In this document: one piece after another, positions 1 through 9,257 of the stretch
How the letters are laid out: each line of letters begins with the position of its first letter
How positions within the stretch are numbered: the first letter of the stretch is position 1
Virus record (IMG/VR): IMGVR_UViG_3300029951_000007
Length of the DNA stretch: 64,000 nucleotides
Strand: one strand, 5' to 3'
From: a virus
The notes under the pieces: generated by a model
Databases searched by the model: none
The model's input: only the letters and a program-made list of their open reading frames with translations
Told to the model about the DNA's origin: nothing
Position numbers and translations under genes: made by a program

Positions 1-1106
1 GTCTCGTCCTGCGTGATGGAGACGACGCTGTACCCGACGTGGGCCTGCAATTTCAGCTTGCGCATGAACAGGCTCTGGTCGGTGGTGCATCCCAGCTGCA
101 AGGCGTGCACCTCGCGCGGGTAGCCGTACTCGAACTTGTGGTAGTGGCCGATGAGCAGCACCTTCGGCTTCTCGCCGCCCTGGTAGCTCTCAACTAGCTT
201 CTGTGCCGTGTAGCTGGTGGCGTAACTGGAGCCGCCGCCCGGATGCACCAGCCGCATGGGAGCCGATCCGCCGCCCTTGACCTGCAGCTTGATGTCGTGC
301 TCGCCGTAACCCAGGTATTTCAGGTCTGTACGTCCTTGCTCGCGCGCACGAAGCTCCAGGTAGCGGCCGATCTCGACGCCCTCGCGCTGCTGGTACCAGC
401 CTTCGTGGTCGTCTCCGGCGATGTACTGCGTCTCGATGCCCTTGCGGATCGGGTACTTGTCGATCATGTAGTCGCACTGGGCGTCCATGCCCGGACGCGT
501 GATAAGCTCTGTCTTGTTGAAGCGCGCCTCGCCGTCGATCCAGTTGCCGCCGTTGTATACGACCGCGATGCCTTCGCGCTCGAAGTGATCGTATGCCGCG
601 TTGAGAACGTCGAGACGGGAATGCTTGTTGCAAAGGTGGTTGTCGGACACCAGTCCGAACCGCTGCGTGCCGACAACACCTTTGAACACGGTGGTTGCCG
701 GCTCAATGTGCACACCCTCGAGTAGCTGGATGAGTCCATCTTTGCGCGAAGCCAGCATGGAGCCGCCCAGTTGCATAGACTCCACCAGCGCGCGCACCTT
801 GGATGGACCGCAGTCAAGTATGTCCGCCAACTCCTCGGCCGTCTTCGGCCCCTTCTTCAGGGCCTTGCGCAGCAGTTGCTGGTGGTCGGTCTCGGGCACT
901 GCCGGTTTCATAGATTCTGTGATGTCCGGCAGAGTGTTGCGTCGCAGTAGCGACACGTCTAATCCTTCCGCTTTCAGTTGACGTCGCACCTTCGCGACCG
1001 TACCGCTTCCGCACTGTCTCCTTACGATTATCTCGTCGCTGGAATACAGCCTAGACTTGACGTCCTCTGTTATGGCTGCCAGTTTTTCGTCTGACACGTT
1101 GGGCAT
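1..1106 (-). CDS. HTH-like N-terminus + calcineurin-like metallophosphoesterase (C-terminus runs off window edge)
   Basis: Own translation of the minus strand from the ATG at 1106 (MPNVSDEKLAAITEDV...) stays open to position 1. It is absent from the ORF track because it has no in-window stop. Blocks VSDNHL, GGNWIDG, GDDHEGW and LLIGHYHKF resemble metallophosphoesterase metal-binding motifs. Confidence 0.6.
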   Translation of the reverse strand, partial: MPNVSDEKLAAITEDVKSRLYSSDEIIVRRQCGSGTVAKVRRQLKAEGLDVSLLRRNTLPDITESMKPAVPETDHQQLLRKALKKGPKTAEELADILDCGPSKVRALVESMQLGGSMLASRKDGLIQLLEGVHIEPATTVFKGVVGTQRFGLVSDNHLCNKHSRLDVLNAAYDHFEREGIAVVYNGGNWIDGEARFNKTELITRPGMDAQCDYMIDKYPIRKGIETQYIAGDDHEGWYQQREGVEIGRYLELRAREQGRTDLKYLGYGEHDIKLQVKGGGSAPMRLVHPGGGSSYATSYTAQKLVESYQGGEKPKVLLIGHYHKFEYGYPREVHALQLGCTTDQSLFMRKLKLQAHVGYSVVSITQDE

Positions 1107-1305
1107 CGGCACGTGGCGGTATCCTTGTAAGTGTGGTTGCTACTTCACTTTATCTGCGGTGGCCTTGTGGCAGTCGCATGCGCACTTCAGGCTGTAGCAT
1201 TTGTGGTGCTTGCCGTTAGTACAGGGTTTGGTAGTGAAGTCCGGTGCGGCGGTGAAACGACCACGGCCGAACACCAGCACTTCTTCCACTTTTCGTTTGA
1301 CGCCT

Positions 1306-1458
1306 CTAGGCATGGATGAAGCCGAGCAGTTGGAGGATGAGCAGGATCAGCAGCAGGAACCCGAGGCCGCCGTAGCCGTAGCGGTAGCCACCGACCGGGG
1401 CGGTGCCGAATCCGACGCCGTTCATGAGGATGAGAACTACCAAAATAATTACAATCAT
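1306..1458 (-). CDS. small membrane protein (50 aa)
   Basis: Internal ATG of track ORF 1306..1614, preceded by a GGAG RBS. MIVIILVVLILMNG... is a hydrophobic helix followed by a Gly/Tyr-rich stretch and a second hydrophobic stretch. Confidence 0.45.
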   Translation of the reverse strand: MIVIILVVLILMNGVGFGTAPVGGYRYGYGGLGFLLLILLILQLLGFIHA

Positions 1459-1661
1459 TGCTTCTCCTTCTTGCTTTCGTATATTATGTAGACCATGCCA
1501 GGCGGGATCTTGATGGGCTTCGGCACTACGAGCTCGGTTCGCGGCGCGCCGCAGACGCCGCAATGGTCCGCCCCCGGCGCGTACAGCACGCCGCATTCGC
1601 GCGTCCACTTCCAAAGGAATGGCACGCGGGCGCGGCAGTAGGACATCTTGGTGTATGGCAT
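1455..1661 (-). CDS. small Cys-rich hypothetical protein
   Basis: Track ORF. Its stop overlaps the next start. It carries a CGVCG motif. Confidence 0.45.
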   Translation of the reverse strand: MPYTKMSYCRARVPFLWKWTRECGVLYAPGADHCGVCGAPRTELVVPKPIKIPPGMVYIIYESKKEKQ

Positions 1662-1675
1662 CGACGCGCCTCGAT

Positions 1676-2335
1676 CTAATACCTTCGCAGGTTCTTCACT
1701 GGTATGGTGCGCTCCGCGCCGCTCTCCGTCGTTTCCTGGATGAAGAACGGGCCTTCTTTCATCGCCTTCTTGCGAAGCTGCGTCATCGTACCGGCCTGGT
1801 CTTTTGCTGGCTTCTTCGGAAGTAGTTCACGACGCTTCTTGGCAGCAGCTCTGCACTTCTCTATGTGCGCTGCCCACGTTGCTTTTGTATATCCTTTTGG
1901 AACGCCGGAGTCCGCAAAATCTTTATGGCTCAGAGCGTCCAGCCCCAGCGACTTGTGCTTCTTCAGCTCCTTGCCGGTGACGCCCAGAATGGACTCCAGC
2001 AGCCCGTAGTATCGCGGCTCCACGAGGCCCTGGCCAGTGCCGTCCTCGATGGGATGCGGGTCCCACAGCAGCTCGCCGTCCAGGGCGACGCAGGCGTGCA
2101 TTCCGCCGCGCGGGCTGACGCCCTCGATCGTGGAGTAGCCGCTGGGTTTCTTGCCGTCGATGAATGCGCGGCGGTAGGACAGACCGTAACCGGCCAGGAA
2201 GTCGTTGGCGCGCTCAGCCTGATCGTCCGTGGACATCTCCGGCACGGCTTCAAGTGGCAGATCCAAAATTGATGCTAAACACGCCGCGAAGCAATTTCCT
2301 GTTTCTCCCACTCGAGTTTGAACGACTCTATGCAT
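1676..2335 (-). CDS. putative papain-fold cysteine peptidase with basic C-terminal tail
   Basis: GNCFAACLASIL is a candidate nucleophile Cys and GGMHACVALDGELLWDPHP a candidate His/Asp. The tail is Lys-rich. Confidence 0.5.
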   Translation of the reverse strand: MHRVVQTRVGETGNCFAACLASILDLPLEAVPEMSTDDQAERANDFLAGYGLSYRRAFIDGKKPSGYSTIEGVSPRGGMHACVALDGELLWDPHPIEDGTGQGLVEPRYYGLLESILGVTGKELKKHKSLGLDALSHKDFADSGVPKGYTKATWAAHIEKCRAAAKKRRELLPKKPAKDQAGTMTQLRKKAMKEGPFFIQETTESGAERTIPVKNLRRY

Positions 2336-2642
2336 TGTCCTTACGCTCCGTGGCTATGGCGGCGCGCCTGTCGACGGCCTCAGCCACCAAAGCGGACGTC
2401 AATGAACTTGAAACTCCGGCGACATGCGCCGCGTCCGAGAACCCGCTCCGCCATTGCTCGAGACGATCCACCTTCAGGTCCAACCCGCTGAGGCGACTGC
2501 CGTGCTCTTTTTGCCCTAGCTCTAGCTGAATTGTTTTCTTATCTCCGTCGTCCACTCGCTGTGTGAGTCGCCCATAGATTACAGCAGCTACTATGATGCT
2601 AGTCAGTATGCCGCCAATTCCCACCGCTATTTCTGGTGTCAC
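2328..2642 (-). CDS. N-terminal TM helix + coiled-coil protein
   Basis: IAVGIGGILTSIIVAAVIY reads as a TM segment, followed by heptad-like charged sequence. The ORF overlaps the downstream ORF by 8 nt. Confidence 0.5.
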   Translation of the reverse strand: MTPEIAVGIGGILTSIIVAAVIYGRLTQRVDDGDKKTIQLELGQKEHGSRLSGLDLKVDRLEQWRSGFSDAAHVAGVSSSLTSALVAEAVDRRAAIATERKDNA

Positions 2643-2891
2643 TTATCCCGCCTTTCTAGTTTGGCCCGACTGGCGGGAGTCCCATGGTGTACGGCGTTCT
2701 GCAAATATGCGCTCGGTCAGGCGCACTGTGGCGTCTATGAAGAATACGTACGTAAGCAGCGCAGCGGCGTCCTGTCCGCGCGAGAAGCGCATGGCCTGCT
2801 CAACGTCCAGGGTGTAGGCCATCTCGCCGTTGCGCACGGTGAAGTATTGCGGCGTCGCAACATCGGCGCGCTCGATAAGCCATGCGGTCAT
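2643..2891 (-). CDS. hypothetical protein
   Basis: Track ORF, tightly packed in the minus-strand operon. Confidence 0.45.
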   Translation of the reverse strand: MTAWLIERADVATPQYFTVRNGEMAYTLDVEQAMRFSRGQDAAALLTYVFFIDATVRLTERIFAERRTPWDSRQSGQTRKAG

Positions 2892-2907
2892 TACAGTCTC
2901 GGTTCTT

Positions 2908-3156
2908 TCACTGAGTAGCTGTGATCGGTTTCATGTACCACGCCGTAAGCACGTCTCCGTCACCGACAGTCTTGTGCAGAAGCGTGATGGCGTTGTCCAG
3001 GAGCGTGTAGTCCACGTTCTGCGTCAAGAACAGGCCATTGAGATACAGGGCCATGCTGCCGGTTGATGGGGTGTCCACTAGTAGGAAGCGATTGCCAGTG
3101 GCAAGCAGTTGGGTCTGTACGAATACTGGGTTCACACTACCGCCTTGGTTACGCAA
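2908..3156 (-). CDS. hypothetical protein
   Basis: Track ORF with beta-rich composition. Confidence 0.45.
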   Translation of the reverse strand: MRNQGGSVNPVFVQTQLLATGNRFLLVDTPSTGSMALYLNGLFLTQNVDYTLLDNAITLLHKTVGDGDVLTAWYMKPITATQ

Positions 3157-3449
3157 ACAAAGTCATCGTCCATGTCAACCGTGCGCTCCGCCAGCTTGTG
3201 CGAGCTGTCACCGAAGAAGTAGATCATTCCATCCTTCATGCGACAGTGGCACTGCGTGATGCCGGTGTCGTAGTCGAATATGAGGATGGAGGGGTCCACC
3301 GTCGGCGCGTACGTGGATTGGTTCCACTCCCAAGCGTCGTCGCCCTTGATCGGAACTTCGTGGGTGGAGTCGCACCCTGGACAGTGCCACATAAGATGTC
3401 CGTCGTGCGTTACTCCGGCCCTGGCCACTAAAGTACTCCTGCATCGCAC
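3132..3449 (-). CDS. DUF6527-like Zn-binding protein
   Basis: HLMWHCPGCDSTHEV ... QCHCRMKDGMIYFFGDSSH matches my memory of the DUF6527 pattern (CPGC...H...HC...G.I.F..D..H). The start is uncertain: the listed start overlaps the portal stop, and there is an internal M at MWHCPGC. Confidence 0.45.
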   Translation of the reverse strand: MRCRSTLVARAGVTHDGHLMWHCPGCDSTHEVPIKGDDAWEWNQSTYAPTVDPSILIFDYDTGITQCHCRMKDGMIYFFGDSSHKLAERTVDMDDDFVCVTKAVV

Positions 3450-5884
3450 GGTTTCGAATGATCATGCGTCGCCAACCAGCGGCGGAACATCGGCATCGTG
3501 AATGACGTGATGGCTGCGAACGTCATGCTGGACAGATGGTGGCCAAGCATATAGTCTTCTTTCGCGCTTTCCACGGTGTGATAGCCGATCATGCACTTCG
3601 TTTCATCGAAGTTCTTGCCGTTGACATCGTACTGGTCTACCACGAATACGTTGCTGGATTCCGGTGAAGGACCGACGTAGCAGTCGATGGAATCTCCATC
3701 TGAGCCGTTGATCCCCATGTCGATGAAGCCATAGTCCGCGGGCATCGTCGTTGACCAGCTTACACCATCCGGTGTGACTCCGGTGCGCACTCCGCCTTCT
3801 GGCGTCTCGACGCGGACGGGAAGCGCGTGGTAGTCCAGCATGCCTTGCGCCCGGTTGGTGACGCTGGAAGCGCCGTCTTCGTCAAAGGATCTGTGCCTTG
3901 GAACTTCGGCCTTGTACACACTACCTTCACCAGCAAAGCTAAGTTTGTAGCCAAGCCGCTGAAGTTTGTGGCCATCCCAAAGTTCTGCCACATAGACTGG
4001 TTTTCCTTCAATATCGGCCGCGCCTTCTGCGTATTCTTGGGCCGTCTGAAGACTCTTGAACGTACGGTTCGAGAGGGTGTCTTCCGCCTTCTTGCGCAGT
4101 GGTCGTGTGCCATGGCGAGCGTCCGTGGCGTACGCCACGATGGAGCCGTCCGTGAAGCGAACCGGGACGGCTGTTTTTCCGTCCAGGTCCTCAATGGCGT
4201 CGCCGATGGACGCGACGACGCGCGTCTGACCGCCGAACAGCAATGCCTCGCCGACCTTTAGCCCCGTAGGCAGTACTGGAAGATCAGGAGCGATGTCGGT
4301 TGCCTTGCCAGCCTTCTTCTTGACCAGTTCTGGGCCCTTCTTCTCGTCGTTGTCCTCTGGCTTCGCCTTCGGCTCGTCAGGATCCTCGCCTTGGCCCGTC
4401 TTGTTCTCGGCCTTTATGGCCTTGGCTGGCGAGTCGGCCTCGCCCAGACCAGCGCCCTCGCCTCCGAAGAGGCCCTCGCCAAGCTCACCTTCCGAAGTCA
4501 CGTCGTCGCTGAGCTTCTGGATGAACTCGTCGTCCAGCGTGGAGCCGATACCGGTGACGTCGCTGGTGCGCTTGACTTCCTGCGCGACCTTGCGCGGCGA
4601 CATGATGCCGCCATTGAGGTACACCGTGGTGGTGTCTGCGACAGCCTTGGCCAGCTCGGCCTTGTCCTTCTCGTCCAGCACGCGGATGGAGGGGCAGAGC
4701 AGGTCGAGATCATCGGGCACCTCGCCCAGCTCGGACATGCAGACGACTGGATACAGTTTCTCTAGCTGTGGGAGCAGGTATGTGGCCTGATCAGTGGAGA
4801 TCTTCTCTTCGTAGATCTTCTCGTCGCCATCACCAGCTTGACCCAGGCCGTTGTATGTGCGTCCGAACAGGCGTGTAACCGGCATCTGCGCCGCACCAGC
4901 CAAATTCAACTGGAACAACTGGAAGATCTCGCCGAGACCGCCGAAGCTGAACTGCGTCGACTCTATAGAGCCGTCAGCCGGCAGCGGGATAAGCGAGTTG
5001 TTGCTCATCAGGTGGTTGAGCGCCGTCATGCGCTGCTCGAACTTTTGCGTCGCCATCTGCGACGAGCCGAGGCCGGACAGCATCTGCGCCAGCTCCGGGA
5101 ACTTCATGCCCAGCAGGTTGGCTCGGAACGTTAGCGACAGGATGTTCCACATCGTGTTGTCCAGCATGGTGATGGACTCGTACGACGGCTCCAACACCGA
5201 GATGCCCCACCACGACTGCGCCTCAACCTCAGGCGTCGGAACGGTGGGCCCGAGGAAGCGCAGCACGCGGCTGGAGTGGACCTGGAATGACGTGCCGCCG
5301 GCCGGCGTGACGTCGTACGTCTCCGGCTTGCCGAAGTCCAACGGCCGGTTGATGTCGGTGCACACGTCGCCGCTCGGGTGAATTCCCGCCCAGCGGTCGA
5401 AAGGTATTACGCCCTTGTACGCACCGATCTTGACGGACTCGAGGTCGAGCGGCTGGTCGAGCTCGTTCTCCTGGCCGTCGATGACCATCAGGCCGCCGGC
5501 GCCGCCGAACAGGCGCCCCCACGTCAGGCCGGTGAGGATGTTGTTCTTGGTGTTGGTCTTGCGCAGTGCGCGGTTGATGCGCGTGATATCCTTCGGCTCG
5601 ATGTCGCTGGTCATCGTCGGCCAGGCCTTGACCATGTCCTGCGCCGGCACCTCGACGATGCGGCGGCTGATCCAGTGGTTGCGGAACAACGTGATCAGGT
5701 TCCAATAGTCGTACGACAGGCGCACGAGGTTGTACTCGGCGCCCTGGCCGAGCGACGGCGTGCCGAAGCCCATGCGGGCCCCGGAGTTGGAGAACAAGTC
5801 GGCGGCCTGCGCCGTGGTGGCTCCGCCGATGCCCAGCAGCTTCTCGACGTTGTTCGCTATTTTGCGCTTGCGGGGCTTGGGCAT
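3428..5884 (-). CDS. portal protein (DUF1073-type) fused to ~330-aa C-terminal extension
   Basis: 818 aa. The N-terminal ~480 aa have typical portal length and composition (LSYDYWNLITLFRNHWISRRIVE..., QSWWGISVLE). A low-complexity acidic/Lys linker follows, then an extra globular region. The gene sits in a packaging module with MuF and TerL. Confidence 0.85.
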   Translation of the reverse strand: MPKPRKRKIANNVEKLLGIGGATTAQAADLFSNSGARMGFGTPSLGQGAEYNLVRLSYDYWNLITLFRNHWISRRIVEVPAQDMVKAWPTMTSDIEPKDITRINRALRKTNTKNNILTGLTWGRLFGGAGGLMVIDGQENELDQPLDLESVKIGAYKGVIPFDRWAGIHPSGDVCTDINRPLDFGKPETYDVTPAGGTSFQVHSSRVLRFLGPTVPTPEVEAQSWWGISVLEPSYESITMLDNTMWNILSLTFRANLLGMKFPELAQMLSGLGSSQMATQKFEQRMTALNHLMSNNSLIPLPADGSIESTQFSFGGLGEIFQLFQLNLAGAAQMPVTRLFGRTYNGLGQAGDGDEKIYEEKISTDQATYLLPQLEKLYPVVCMSELGEVPDDLDLLCPSIRVLDEKDKAELAKAVADTTTVYLNGGIMSPRKVAQEVKRTSDVTGIGSTLDDEFIQKLSDDVTSEGELGEGLFGGEGAGLGEADSPAKAIKAENKTGQGEDPDEPKAKPEDNDEKKGPELVKKKAGKATDIAPDLPVLPTGLKVGEALLFGGQTRVVASIGDAIEDLDGKTAVPVRFTDGSIVAYATDARHGTRPLRKKAEDTLSNRTFKSLQTAQEYAEGAADIEGKPVYVAELWDGHKLQRLGYKLSFAGEGSVYKAEVPRHRSFDEDGASSVTNRAQGMLDYHALPVRVETPEGGVRTGVTPDGVSWSTTMPADYGFIDMGINGSDGDSIDCYVGPSPESSNVFVVDQYDVNGKNFDETKCMIGYHTVESAKEDYMLGHHLSSMTFAAITSFTMPMFRRWLATHDHSKPCDAGVL

Positions 5885-5983
5885 CTATCGGATTCCTTTC
5901 CAAGACAACGCCCTTGCGCCGCTTCGGTTGTGGTGCCTAGAACCACCGGGCGCAGGATACAAGTCACTGCGCCCGATCTTTGC

Positions 5984-6412
5984 CTAAAGTACGTCCAGCG
6001 AACTGCGCAGGAATAGACCAGAAAGATTGTTTAGTCTGTAGAACGTCAAATTATTGGATATTTCATTGTTCTTGATGGTGTAGACCTCGTCGGTGTGCTG
6101 TCCCCGCACACGAACCGCCCTGCCGGGTTCCAACACAGGCTCTTCTTCGACGCTCGGCAGCTGACCAACATGGTTTTCAAACACTTCCGCGCACATCGCA
6201 CGCCGCCGAAGCAGCAAATCCGCACCCTCTCGTATGAGCGCGTATGCGCGCTTCCAAGAAGGATTCGGCGTATTGTCCTTCCATGCGGTGGCCCAATCAG
6301 CTAGATGCGCCAGATCGTGGTCGCTGAGATCGTTGTTATTTCCATGCAGCAATTCAGATAGGTTCATACATGCTCCATTGCATCCGGACTCCACCGGTGG
6401 GTTGTACAGCAT
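5984..6412 (-). CDS. hypothetical protein
   Basis: Track ORF. The ATG at 6412 overlaps the upstream stop (TGATG coupling). An alternative start lies at 6367. Confidence 0.45.
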   Translation of the reverse strand: MLYNPPVESGCNGACMNLSELLHGNNNDLSDHDLAHLADWATAWKDNTPNPSWKRAYALIREGADLLLRRRAMCAEVFENHVGQLPSVEEEPVLEPGRAVRVRGQHTDEVYTIKNNEISNNLTFYRLNNLSGLFLRSSLDVL

Positions 6413-6591
6413 CAAAACGTCGCGAAGTCCTTGACGGCGGAGGCCTCCATCACGACGTCGCCCTTGTCCATGACGACCTGGCCCACGGCCGCGTTGTCCT
6501 TGTAAAAGACGATTTCGCAGCCGACCTGCTTGTAGCAGTCGGCCTCCACGGTTAGCTCCTTGCCGCCCGCGTATATCCTGAACTTCTTCAT
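6412..6591 (-). CDS. hypothetical 59-aa protein
   Basis: Own translation: MKKFRIYAGGKELTVEADCYKQVGCEIVFYKDNAAVGQVVMDKGDVVMEASAVKDFATF. It falls below the track length cutoff and fills an otherwise empty gap. Confidence 0.4.
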   Translation of the reverse strand: MKKFRIYAGGKELTVEADCYKQVGCEIVFYKDNAAVGQVVMDKGDVVMEASAVKDFATF

Positions 6592-6592
6592 G

Positions 6593-6913
6593 TCAAATCT
6601 CCACTTCCGACTCCGGCAGGATGTCCGTCTCCTCCATCCAGATTACGTTCGTCTCGCTGTAAGGCACCGCCATGACGTCGCCCTCGTCGCTCTTCACGAA
6701 CGCCCACAGCAGGCGCTTGTTGGAGCTGAGAATGGCCTCCAGCACCTCGTCGTCTATCAGCATGCCGCGCCAATGGATGACGTCTCCGGCTTGTATCTCC
6801 ACCTGTCTGCGTTCGTCAGGCAACGTCTTACTACGGCGACGAATGCGCAGCGCCATAACACCCCTCTTGCGGGTCTTGCAGACCCGAGTCACGTACGGCA
6901 GGCGGTAGTTCAT
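6593..6913 (-). CDS. hypothetical protein (106 aa)
   Basis: Internal ATG (MNYRLPY...) of track ORF 6593..7204. It forms an ATGA overlap with the stop of the MuF-like gene. Confidence 0.5.
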   Translation of the reverse strand: MNYRLPYVTRVCKTRKRGVMALRIRRRSKTLPDERRQVEIQAGDVIHWRGMLIDDEVLEAILSSNKRLLWAFVKSDEGDVMAVPYSETNVIWMEETDILPESEVEI

Positions 6914-7800
6914 GCCGCCTCCGCGATGTCGCCGCTGGCCACTTGCTTGAACTGCGTGAGCGTCATTGTCTTGATGGAGCCGTTGCGGTAGACCCGGTGC
7001 GGCCAGCTGACGTCCGAGAACGCGAGCAACGGTATGATGAGGCACCTGCAGTTGAATATGTTGCCCGGCGCGTACTTTCCAAGCGGCTTCTCGTCGACTA
7101 GCGCCTCTGGATCCGGTAGGTCGCCCCACGAGCAAAGCACGCCGTTCAGGTTCTCGTGGCTGGCGCGGGTGCGCTGGTCGTGCGACGTCGCCCACTCGAA
7201 CCACTCGAGGTTCAGCGCCTCGGACCGCGCCCGGGTGAGCGCCGAACTGGCCTTCTGCGCCTCGGTCCTGGATATGAGCCGCGTCCTGGAGCGCAGCAGC
7301 TCGGGGAACCGCTTCTGGTACATCTTGGCAATCGTTGCCGGCCGAGCTCCGGCCTGCTGCGCCTTAGTGACTTCGTTGGTCAGTGTAGTGGCAGCTTCGA
7401 GTGGTAGGGAACTAATCAGCGAAGCATTCTCCCTGATCAGTTGCTGGACGCGTGCGCCCGTCGGGCCCCGCATCTCGGCCTCGAGCAGTTGATAAAGTTT
7501 GCCGGCTTGGCTCGACCTGCTGGCCGCCTCGCGCCAGGAGCGCCAGTTGGATTTCTGCGCGCCGTGGACCATGCGCGTGGCCAGCAGCTCACTAGCGGCC
7601 AGTATGTCTGGCATGCGGGAACGCAGAGCGAGCTCGTTCAGCCATTGACTGAACGTCTGCTCCGGCTTCTGCTTTACCAGTACGCGGCCGATGATCGCCT
7701 TGATGCCTTTCGCGTAACCGTGTTCTAGGCGCTGCGTGGCATGGAACTCTACCGGCGCCTTCTTGGCGGGATTCTTGCTCGTCTTTTTCATCGGGGGCAT
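6910..7800 (-). CDS. head morphogenesis protein, SPP1 gp7 / Mu F-like
   Basis: SHDQRTRASHENLNG and NIFNCRCL motifs are typical of the MuF/gp7 family. Confidence 0.8.
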   Translation of the reverse strand: MPPMKKTSKNPAKKAPVEFHATQRLEHGYAKGIKAIIGRVLVKQKPEQTFSQWLNELALRSRMPDILAASELLATRMVHGAQKSNWRSWREAASRSSQAGKLYQLLEAEMRGPTGARVQQLIRENASLISSLPLEAATTLTNEVTKAQQAGARPATIAKMYQKRFPELLRSRTRLISRTEAQKASSALTRARSEALNLEWFEWATSHDQRTRASHENLNGVLCSWGDLPDPEALVDEKPLGKYAPGNIFNCRCLIIPLLAFSDVSWPHRVYRNGSIKTMTLTQFKQVASGDIAEAA

Positions 7801-7806
7801 GGCGGT

Positions 7807-7974
7807 TCAGTCCGAGACGGCGATGATGGATCCGTCCGGCATGACCAGCACCTCGCGGTTGCGAGCGCCGCCGAGCACGGAGTTCAGCTCATGGGCCGTA
7901 TAGCGCCGCGACTTGCCGCCAACCAGTTTCTTGGCGGCGTACTTGTAGAGAAACAACCAGAATTTCTGCATCAT
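7807..7974 (-). CDS. hypothetical 55-aa protein
   Basis: Internal ATG (MMQKFW...) of the track ORF. It forms an ATGA overlap with the upstream stop. Confidence 0.35.
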   Translation of the reverse strand: MMQKFWLFLYKYAAKKLVGGKSRRYTAHELNSVLGGARNREVLVMPDGSIIAVSD

Positions 7975-8231
7975 ACAAGGTTCCTGGCGCTCCACTTCGG
8001 CGTCATCTGTTCTTTCCAGTTCTCTTTCGCCGACGTACAAGTGACTCCAAATCCAGTGGTATCGTCGTCGCCCTCGAACGTGAACACACCCGGCCACTCC
8101 TTGTAGACCACGCACGGATGGTCCGGGTCACCACTGTCGAGCGGGTCTACTTGGTCGGCAGGAGCGACAGGCGGCGCGGGTTTAGTGTGATGGAACCAGC
8201 TTGCGAACAGCAATACAGCGATTGGAAGCAT
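7971..8231 (-). CDS. small membrane protein
   Basis: MLPIAVLLFASWF reads as a TM segment, with GAGG upstream of the ATG at 8231. The track lists a longer version starting at 8330. Confidence 0.4.
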   Translation of the reverse strand: MLPIAVLLFASWFHHTKPAPPVAPADQVDPLDSGDPDHPCVVYKEWPGVFTFEGDDDTTGFGVTCTSAKENWKEQMTPKWSARNLV

Positions 8232-8304
8232 GGTCAGTACCTCGTGGACAGGAACCAAACTAGGAATGGGTACCAACGCGTCGTGGTCGCTGCGCACAGG
8301 AGGT

Positions 8305-9189
8305 TCACACTGGTGCGACGTCCTTCGCATACCCAGAATCTTTATGCGTCTTCTTCAACTTCTTGCTGACTAAGTCGTCAACAAACGACGCGCTGAACCC
8401 GTATTTCTTCACGATATTTGCCGGGGTCATTCCCTGCTCGAGCTCACGTTTGACCAGCTTGGCCGATCCAGCGTCGGTGTCGCGTTTCCAGGCGTCCTTC
8501 TCGGAGTCGGAGGCTTTCGCCGTGGTGAGCCGAGACTTCTCGGCCTTTAGAACGGCCGTAACCTTAGCGAGAGGAACGCCTTCAGACAGTGCTTTGCGCG
8601 CAATTACTTCGTACTTAGCCAGCGTGTCTTTCATAGTAGCGGCTGTCTTAACTTTTCCCAGAGCGCCTTCACTTACGGCCTTGATCTGCGCCTCGAAGGA
8701 CGCGGCATCTTCCGCCGGACGCTTGGAGCGTGGAATCACCTTCGCCATGGGCGCTACATTGGCCGGTGCCTTCTGTACGTCGTGGCGCGTGGAGCCTACT
8801 GGATTGACGGCGTCCTTCCCCTGAGCGGCGGAGGACTTCGCTTCTTCGGCCTTCTTGGCCACGTAGCGATCCAGGAAGGTGACGATGGGCTTCGCCTGCT
8901 TGGGCTTCTCGGCGTACTTGTACTCGTCTTTGGCGCTACCTTTTTCGTACTGGTTGACCCACTTGATCGCCGCCGCTTCACTGGGGAACCCGGTTTGTTC
9001 TTTGCCGTCTGGCAGCTTGACGTACGCACGTCCGCTGGGCATGGTGCGAATCTCACAAGATTTATACGGCATGCGTGCTTCGTCCCGCGCCGCCCTCGCG
9101 TCCAGAGCGGCGTCCAGCGCGCGGTGCAGCCGGGCCTTGCGGTCGTTGATTGTTCCCGGCCCATCACGTAGTACCGTCGGCTTGCCCAT
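8305..9189 (-). CDS. hypothetical 294-aa Lys/Ala-rich protein
   Basis: ATG at 9189 with an AAGGAG RBS. The track ORF extends upstream into the GIY-YIG gene, which is implausible. Confidence 0.55.
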   Translation of the reverse strand: MGKPTVLRDGPGTINDRKARLHRALDAALDARAARDEARMPYKSCEIRTMPSGRAYVKLPDGKEQTGFPSEAAAIKWVNQYEKGSAKDEYKYAEKPKQAKPIVTFLDRYVAKKAEEAKSSAAQGKDAVNPVGSTRHDVQKAPANVAPMAKVIPRSKRPAEDAASFEAQIKAVSEGALGKVKTAATMKDTLAKYEVIARKALSEGVPLAKVTAVLKAEKSRLTTAKASDSEKDAWKRDTDAGSAKLVKRELEQGMTPANIVKKYGFSASFVDDLVSKKLKKTHKDSGYAKDVAPV

Positions 9190-9257
9190 TTCAGTCTCCT
9201 TCGTCCAAACGTAAAATGCCCTCGCATCCAGGTATGAATACGAGGGCTCTTCCAAAC

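Noticed and set aside
190-1014. Track ORFs 190..633(-), 243..725(+), 464..817(-), 601..981(+) and 814..1014(-).
   Set aside because: All lie inside the long minus-strand metallophosphoesterase frame (1..1106), which has clear motifs. Their translations are Arg/Ala/Pro-rich shadow-frame products.
5229-6016. 224-aa (-) and 212-aa (+) ORFs overlapping the portal 5' end.
   Set aside because: These are alternative or antisense frames of a well-supported portal gene. They have extreme Arg/Pro/His/Gly composition and no RBS.
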